DNA of 64,000 nucleotides from Helicobacter sp. MIT 00-7814 (GTDB lineage Bacteria; Campylobacterota; Campylobacteria; Campylobacterales; Helicobacteraceae): NCBI RefSeq assembly GCF_003364115.1, contig NZ_NXLL01000007.1, positions 18,373 to 82,372 of the forward strand, read 5' to 3'. Shown piece by piece: positions 59,569 to 64,000 of this stretch (position 1 is its first letter; each line of letters starts with the position of its first letter). The notes under the pieces were generated by a model. It saw only the letters and a program-made list of their open reading frames with translations, ran no database searches and was not told where the DNA came from. The position numbers and the translations under genes were made by a program.

Positions 59569-60489
59569 ATGGAAGCAAAGGTAGAGGGTAAAAAAGAGGG
59601 GAGAGATGAGCTAAAGCAGTTTATCAGCATAGTGTTGCGCTATAAGGTGACTATTGGTGTGTGCTTGTTGCTTGGATTGCTAGGATCGATTTTATATTTG
59701 TATGTGCTTGTGAAGCCGGCGTATCAGGTGAGCGCGCTTATTGATACAGGATATATCACAGATAATGATGGAAAAAGACAGCGTTTTGCGAGCGTAGAAG
59801 AGCTTGCACAAGAAATTAAAGATGTGTTTATAGAATCTAAGAAAATTGTCGAAGAAGATGCAGAAAAGCCCCGTATGAGAGTTACGGAGGTTGAGCTTGT
59901 CGCAGATAGTTCAGGAAGAGGCAAGCTGCCATATTTGAGAATCGAAGCGCAGGGCAAAGAGCGTGAAGATGCGCAAAAAATTGCTAATGATGTGCTAGCG
60001 TATATACAAGAAAAAAATAGACTTATTTTACAACGACATGTAAAAAGGATTCAAGACACAATCACCATCATTAACGCGCGTATAAAAAGTATAAAAGAAG
60101 TGCAAATTCCCTATATTGACTCTAAAATTTTACAGACAGATGCCGATATAAAGGAATCCGCATCTCTAAGCCAAACACAAACCCTTACTACTTACTTAAA
60201 CCAACTTCAAGCTTCGCTTGATGGTTTGCAAAACCAAAGAACAAAACTCGAGAATGAAACACTACTTGCGTTGGAGCAAGATAGATTGCGTCATGAAGCA
60301 ATGCTAAGCGAAGGTGCGGTGCAAGATGCGTTTTTTGTCCCAAAAGCAAATGTGGATACAAAGCCAACGATTAAAGCGCGCAAATGGCTTGTGTTCTTGC
60401 TAGGGCTTTTCTCTGGTGGTGTGGTAGCAGGTGTGATTGTATTTTCTCGCGAGATAATTTCACAAATTAAAAAAGAGGGTTTGGATTAA
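59569..60489 (+). CDS. hypothetical bitopic membrane protein with Wzz/polysaccharide-copolymerase-like topology
   Basis: ATG with AAAAGGAG RBS; TM near N-terminus, periplasmic coiled coil, second TM at C-terminus. Confidence 0.35.
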   Translation: MEAKVEGKKEGRDELKQFISIVLRYKVTIGVCLLLGLLGSILYLYVLVKPAYQVSALIDTGYITDNDGKRQRFASVEELAQEIKDVFIESKKIVEEDAEKPRMRVTEVELVADSSGRGKLPYLRIEAQGKEREDAQKIANDVLAYIQEKNRLILQRHVKRIQDTITIINARIKSIKEVQIPYIDSKILQTDADIKESASLSQTQTLTTYLNQLQASLDGLQNQRTKLENETLLALEQDRLRHEAMLSEGAVQDAFFVPKANVDTKPTIKARKWLVFLLGLFSGGVVAGVIVFSREIISQIKKEGLD

Positions 60490-60540
60490 AGAGCTAGCGT
60501 GATAGAATCCCGCTAGATTCTCACGCAAAAAGGGGTAGTC

Positions 60541-60741
60541 ATGGCACATATCACTCTTAATGGGGAATCTTATGAATGCAGCGCAAGCACGATTGAAGAG
60601 CTTGTCGCTGAGGTGGGAGCAAGTGCTAAGGCAATCGCTTTGGCGCAAAATACGCAGGTAGTGCATGCAAAAAATTGGGCGCAAACACCAATCAAAGAAA
60701 ATGATGAAATTGAGATTTTGCAATTTGTCGGCGGAGGGTGA
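60541..60741 (+). CDS. thiS: ThiS/MoaD-family sulfur-carrier protein
   Basis: 66 aa beta-grasp size ending in Gly-Gly (ILQFVGGG). Confidence 0.7.
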   Translation: MAHITLNGESYECSASTIEELVAEVGASAKAIALAQNTQVVHAKNWAQTPIKENDEIEILQFVGGG

Positions 60742-61330
60742 AAAAGAAAAATGGGCTAGAAATTTTTCCCACCGCCTGTTTTTTCTATTTTTCCCGTCTA
60801 GATTCTTTCTGCAAATATTCCTAACTCTTGGCTTTACTTTTAGCTTCCTTAGCACTTTGCAGGGTTATGAGTTTTTCCGCATAGGCTATAGCTTTGGGAA
60901 TCTTAGCCTGCAAAAGGGCGAGATTCCCAGCAAAAATATTTCTGGCATTTTATTTGGTATAGAAAAAGCGCGCTTTTTTGACAATGTCTTGCTCGGAGGC
61001 TATTTGGAAGGCAATGTCTATCCGCTAGATTCTGTCATTGATGGCGGATATTATAGCTTAGGGCTTGGCGCAAAAGTTGGCTATAAGTTTAATAATTTGC
61101 TCGCCTATGCAAAGCTTGGGGCGGAATATATGAGTCTTAGCCACACACCACGCAATATCGAGCAAAAAAATATCGGTGGCGCTGCGCTAGAGCTTGGCGG
61201 GTTTTATCATATTATTGAAGGCTTTGGCTTGGGGTTGGGCGTTAAAACTTCTGTGCCTAGCTTTTATACAAATGGTGCAAGAGCCGGGCTTGTGGGTATT
61301 ATGTGCTATTTTGGCTATGTGGAATTTTAA
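60701..61330 (+). CDS. small outer-membrane beta-barrel protein
   Basis: signal-peptide-like segment, Gly/Tyr-rich amphipathic strands, C-terminal ...GYVEF; start uncertain (overlaps thiS; no in-frame ATG after thiS stop). Confidence 0.45.
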   Translation: MMKLRFCNLSAEGEKEKWARNFSHRLFFLFFPSRFFLQIFLTLGFTFSFLSTLQGYEFFRIGYSFGNLSLQKGEIPSKNISGILFGIEKARFFDNVLLGGYLEGNVYPLDSVIDGGYYSLGLGAKVGYKFNNLLAYAKLGAEYMSLSHTPRNIEQKNIGGAALELGGFYHIIEGFGLGLGVKTSVPSFYTNGARAGLVGIMCYFGYVEF

Positions 61331-61462
61331 AGAACTTGCGCAAAAAAGCGTAGAATCTGCCCTTAAGAGACAATATACCTCATAAGCGAGCAAGAAAATA
61401 TCCCTTTATGCTACAATCATTTGCTTAAACCAAAACAGCACGCAAACACGCAAGGAGGGAAA

Positions 61463-62833
61463 ATGTATTTTTCAAAAATTGGCTTTATTTTGGCCACGCT
61501 TGGGAGCTCGATAGGTTTAGGGCATATTTGGAAATTCCCCTACACAGCCGGGCTTAATGGCGGTGGTGCGTTTGTGGTGCTGTATGTATTGCTAGCTTTT
61601 GGCATTGGCGTGGCATTGCTCATTACTGAAATGATCCTTGGGCAGGCTTCGCGCAAAAATGCACTTGATTGTTACCCTACGCTTTATTCTCGTAGCTCAA
61701 ACACGCCCCCTAACAAGAGATTACACTTTTTTGGCTTTAGCGTGGTGGTTGGACCTTTTATTTTGTCGCTTTATGCGGTGATTTTAGGTTGGGTTGCGTA
61801 TTATTTGGTGATGGCATTTATGGGGTATCCCAGCAGTGTGGAAGAGTCGGAAGCGCTTTTTTTAGAGTTAAACGAGCATTCTTTTTGGTATCAGTCTTTT
61901 GGCTTTAGTGTGATTTTATTTTTTAGCTCTTTTATTGTTGCAACGGGCATAAAAGAGGGGATTGAGCGTTTTAATATCATCTTTATGCCGTTACTTTTTG
62001 TGATTTTTATTGGGTTACTGATTTATGCGATGAATATGAGTGGTTTTGGGAAAAGTGTAGATTTTATGTTTAAATTTGATTTTAACAAAATTACTTCGCG
62101 CGTGGTGATTGAGGCGCTAGGGCAGGTGTTTTTCTCGCTTTCTTTGGGTGTTGGGACGATCCTTACCTACGCGCGCTATGCGCCACAATCGCAGAATCTC
62201 CTCAAAAGCTCGCTGTGGATTGTGCTAAGCGGGATTATTATTTCGCTTGTTGCGGGGCTAATGATTTTCACTTTTTTGTATGAATTTGGGCAAGAGCCAA
62301 AGGGCGGACAGAAACTACTTTTTGAAGCGCTTCCGCTTGCATTTGGCAAGATGAATACTACCATTAGCCACAGCGGCGAGGTTGTGGGATTTTTCTTTTT
62401 TCTTGCGGTGATTTTTGCGGGCATTACTTCGGCGGTATCGATTTTAGAGCCTTCGGTTGCGGCGTTTAAGGATAGATTTAATCTTTCGCAGGCTAAAAGC
62501 GTGTGGATTCTCACTTTTGGGATATGGATTTTGGGCGAGATTATTATTGTGAGCTGTTTGAGCGCGTTTGCGCCGAGCTTTAGGCTGTTTAATCATAGCT
62601 TGTTTGAGAATATCGCCTTTGTGAGTTCGAATTTTCTTATGCCTTTGGGCGGGCTTTTGGCGGTGATTTTTGTAGGCTACAAGCTTAAAACAAAGTTTTT
62701 GCAAGAAATCACAGGAAGTTTTTTGGGGAAATGGCAGTTTAGATTCTGGATTTTCTTAGTGCGTTTTGTCGCGCCAATCGCGATTGTAGGGATTTTGGTT
62801 TGGGAAGTTTTGAGCGTTTTAAAGATTTTTTAG
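61463..62833 (+). CDS. sodium-dependent transporter of the NSS/SNF family
   Basis: start at MYFSK (AGGAGG RBS); NSS signature in TM1 (GSSIGLGHIWKFPY). Confidence 0.85.
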   Translation: MYFSKIGFILATLGSSIGLGHIWKFPYTAGLNGGGAFVVLYVLLAFGIGVALLITEMILGQASRKNALDCYPTLYSRSSNTPPNKRLHFFGFSVVVGPFILSLYAVILGWVAYYLVMAFMGYPSSVEESEALFLELNEHSFWYQSFGFSVILFFSSFIVATGIKEGIERFNIIFMPLLFVIFIGLLIYAMNMSGFGKSVDFMFKFDFNKITSRVVIEALGQVFFSLSLGVGTILTYARYAPQSQNLLKSSLWIVLSGIIISLVAGLMIFTFLYEFGQEPKGGQKLLFEALPLAFGKMNTTISHSGEVVGFFFFLAVIFAGITSAVSILEPSVAAFKDRFNLSQAKSVWILTFGIWILGEIIIVSCLSAFAPSFRLFNHSLFENIAFVSSNFLMPLGGLLAVIFVGYKLKTKFLQEITGSFLGKWQFRFWIFLVRFVAPIAIVGILVWEVLSVLKIF

Positions 62834-63666
62834 ATTTTCAATACGCGCTTTTTAGTGAGGAATTGCAAACTCGCGCGCAGTTGCCAGATCCGCTTCTTGT
62901 CGTGCGTCAATATGCGCATGATAGGCATTTTGCTGAGATTGCGCTTTTTTGTGCGTTGCTCTCATATGGGAATGCACGCGCGATTGTGAGCTTTCTTTCA
63001 CGCGTTGATTTTGGGCTTTTTAGCGCGCAGGATTGCATGCGGGATTGTATGCAAGATTCTATGCAGGATTTTATACAGGAGCGCCTCACGCCAAATCCTT
63101 CTTTGTATTATCGCTTTCAGAGTGCGGAGGATATCGCGCATTTGCTAAAGATTTTTAGAATCTTATGTGCGCAAGGTGGGGTGAAAGAGATTTTTTTGCA
63201 TGGTTATAAACACGCCACGCACACGCCTTTTAAAATCCTCAATGCCATTTATCACACGATTGCGCATCTTTGGGAAATTGCGCGCACGCTTAAGATTGAG
63301 AGCTCGCAAGGCTTAAGCTTTGCGCTAGGGAGTGCAGAAAATCTTGTGCCTTTTAATCCGCGTGGGCGCAGTGCATTGAAGCGGTGGAATATGTTTGCGC
63401 GCTGGCTGGTGCGAAAAGATGGCGTAGATTTTGGGCTGTGGAGTGAAATCGCGCCAAGTGAGTTGCTTATACCGCTTGATACGCACACTTTTAATACAGC
63501 ACGCAAACTCGGGCTTTTAACACGCAAAAGTGCGGATTTGCAAGCTGTGATTGAGCTAAGTCAGAATCTTAAAACTCTTTGTCCTAAAGATCCTATGCGC
63601 TATGACTTTGCGCTTTATCGCATAGGACAACAACGCGTAGAGTTAGATTCTGCGTTGCAATGCTAA
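62800..63666 (+). CDS. conserved hypothetical protein (TIGR02757/DUF2400-like, tentative) containing in-frame 12-bp microsatellite
   Basis: 288 aa; family call from memory only. Confidence 0.35.
   Translation: MGSFERFKDFLDFQYALFSEELQTRAQLPDPLLVVRQYAHDRHFAEIALFCALLSYGNARAIVSFLSRVDFGLFSAQDCMRDCMQDSMQDFIQERLTPNPSLYYRFQSAEDIAHLLKIFRILCAQGGVKEIFLHGYKHATHTPFKILNAIYHTIAHLWEIARTLKIESSQGLSFALGSAENLVPFNPRGRSALKRWNMFARWLVRKDGVDFGLWSEIAPSELLIPLDTHTFNTARKLGLLTRKSADLQAVIELSQNLKTLCPKDPMRYDFALYRIGQQRVELDSALQC
63031..63078 (+). repeat. 4 x 12-bp in-frame tandem repeat (gattgcatgcgg/gattgtatgcaa/gattctatgcag/gattttatacag)
   Basis: encodes DCMR-DCMQ-DSMQ-DFIQ. Confidence 0.8.
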
Positions 63667-63780
63667 AATTTTTCTTATAAATCCAAATACCATTTTATTT
63701 GGATTTATTTCCGCGAGGTGATTAAATTAATGTAATAGATTCTAAGATTATTTTCATAGCTTAAAACTCTCTCTTCTCCC

Positions 63781-64000
63781 CTAAAACCTCTTCTTATTCA
63801 CATCTTCTAATATCTCTTCTGCTATACCATTAACTCTTTGAGTAATTGTATTTGTAGCATTAGCTACTTCTACATTTTCTTGCGTAAGAGTTTCAAGTTG
63901 AGCTATAGCTTCATTGATTTGTCCTAAGCCTTCAGTTTGTTCTTTTATAGATTCACTCATTTCATTGACAGATTGCACTAATACATTTACATTAGCTTCT
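63781..64000 (-). CDS. methyl-accepting chemotaxis protein, C-terminal fragment (gene continues beyond window end)
   Basis: MCP signalling-domain terminal heptads (EGLGQINEAIAQLETLTQENVEVANATN); ORF open to window edge. Confidence 0.6.
   Translation of the reverse strand, partial: EANVNVLVQSVNEMSESIKEQTEGLGQINEAIAQLETLTQENVEVANATNTITQRVNGIAEEILEDVNKKRF

Noticed and set aside
60665-60741. Upstream extension of the OMP ORF (start 60665) overlapping thiS by 77 nt
   Set aside because: The overlap is implausibly long. The start was trimmed to an internal Met, and the true start remains uncertain.

Overview
This window looks like a chromosomal segment from a Helicobacter-like member of the Campylobacterota. 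The evidence is a Csd4/Pgp1-type peptidoglycan carboxypeptidase with the atypical Gln46/Glu49/His128 zinc triad, outer-membrane proteins ending in an aromatic residue (Hop-like), SlyD with a His/Cys-rich tail, a tolB-pal-ybgF cluster, flgA, and the C-terminus of a methyl-accepting chemotaxis protein. Most of the window is densely packed housekeeping genes: murA, galU, hisIE, ilvE, rplM-rpsI, hemL, gltX, mutY, gpsA, pyrE, xth, purH, purB, ubiX, thiS, ttcA, slt, rodA/ftsW and one tRNA with a CAU anticodon. Three features stand out from that background. (1) Three homopolymeric G/C tracts of 10-11 nt sit at contingency-locus positions: in the promoter of a gene cluster, inside a SAM-methyltransferase gene that is currently frameshifted, and between a strong start site and a large membrane-protein ORF. 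(2) Seven tightly spaced minus-strand genes (1971-7967) are headed by the promoter poly-G tract. The cluster encodes a small Cys-containing protein of unknown function, a 621-aa DUF285/BspA-like repeat protein with an internal duplication of its whole repeat module plus membrane helices and a C-terminal zinc ribbon, three secreted proteins or lipoproteins, a tail-anchored small protein and a NaChBac-type voltage-gated sodium channel. (3) A dispersed family of GC-rich palindromic repeat elements of about 100-180 bp lies downstream of genes and also appears in frame inside two tandem paralogous membrane-protein genes. The heptamer AGAATCT/AGATTCT is strikingly over-represented on both strands throughout the window. 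No CRISPR array, transposase or integrase was recognised.
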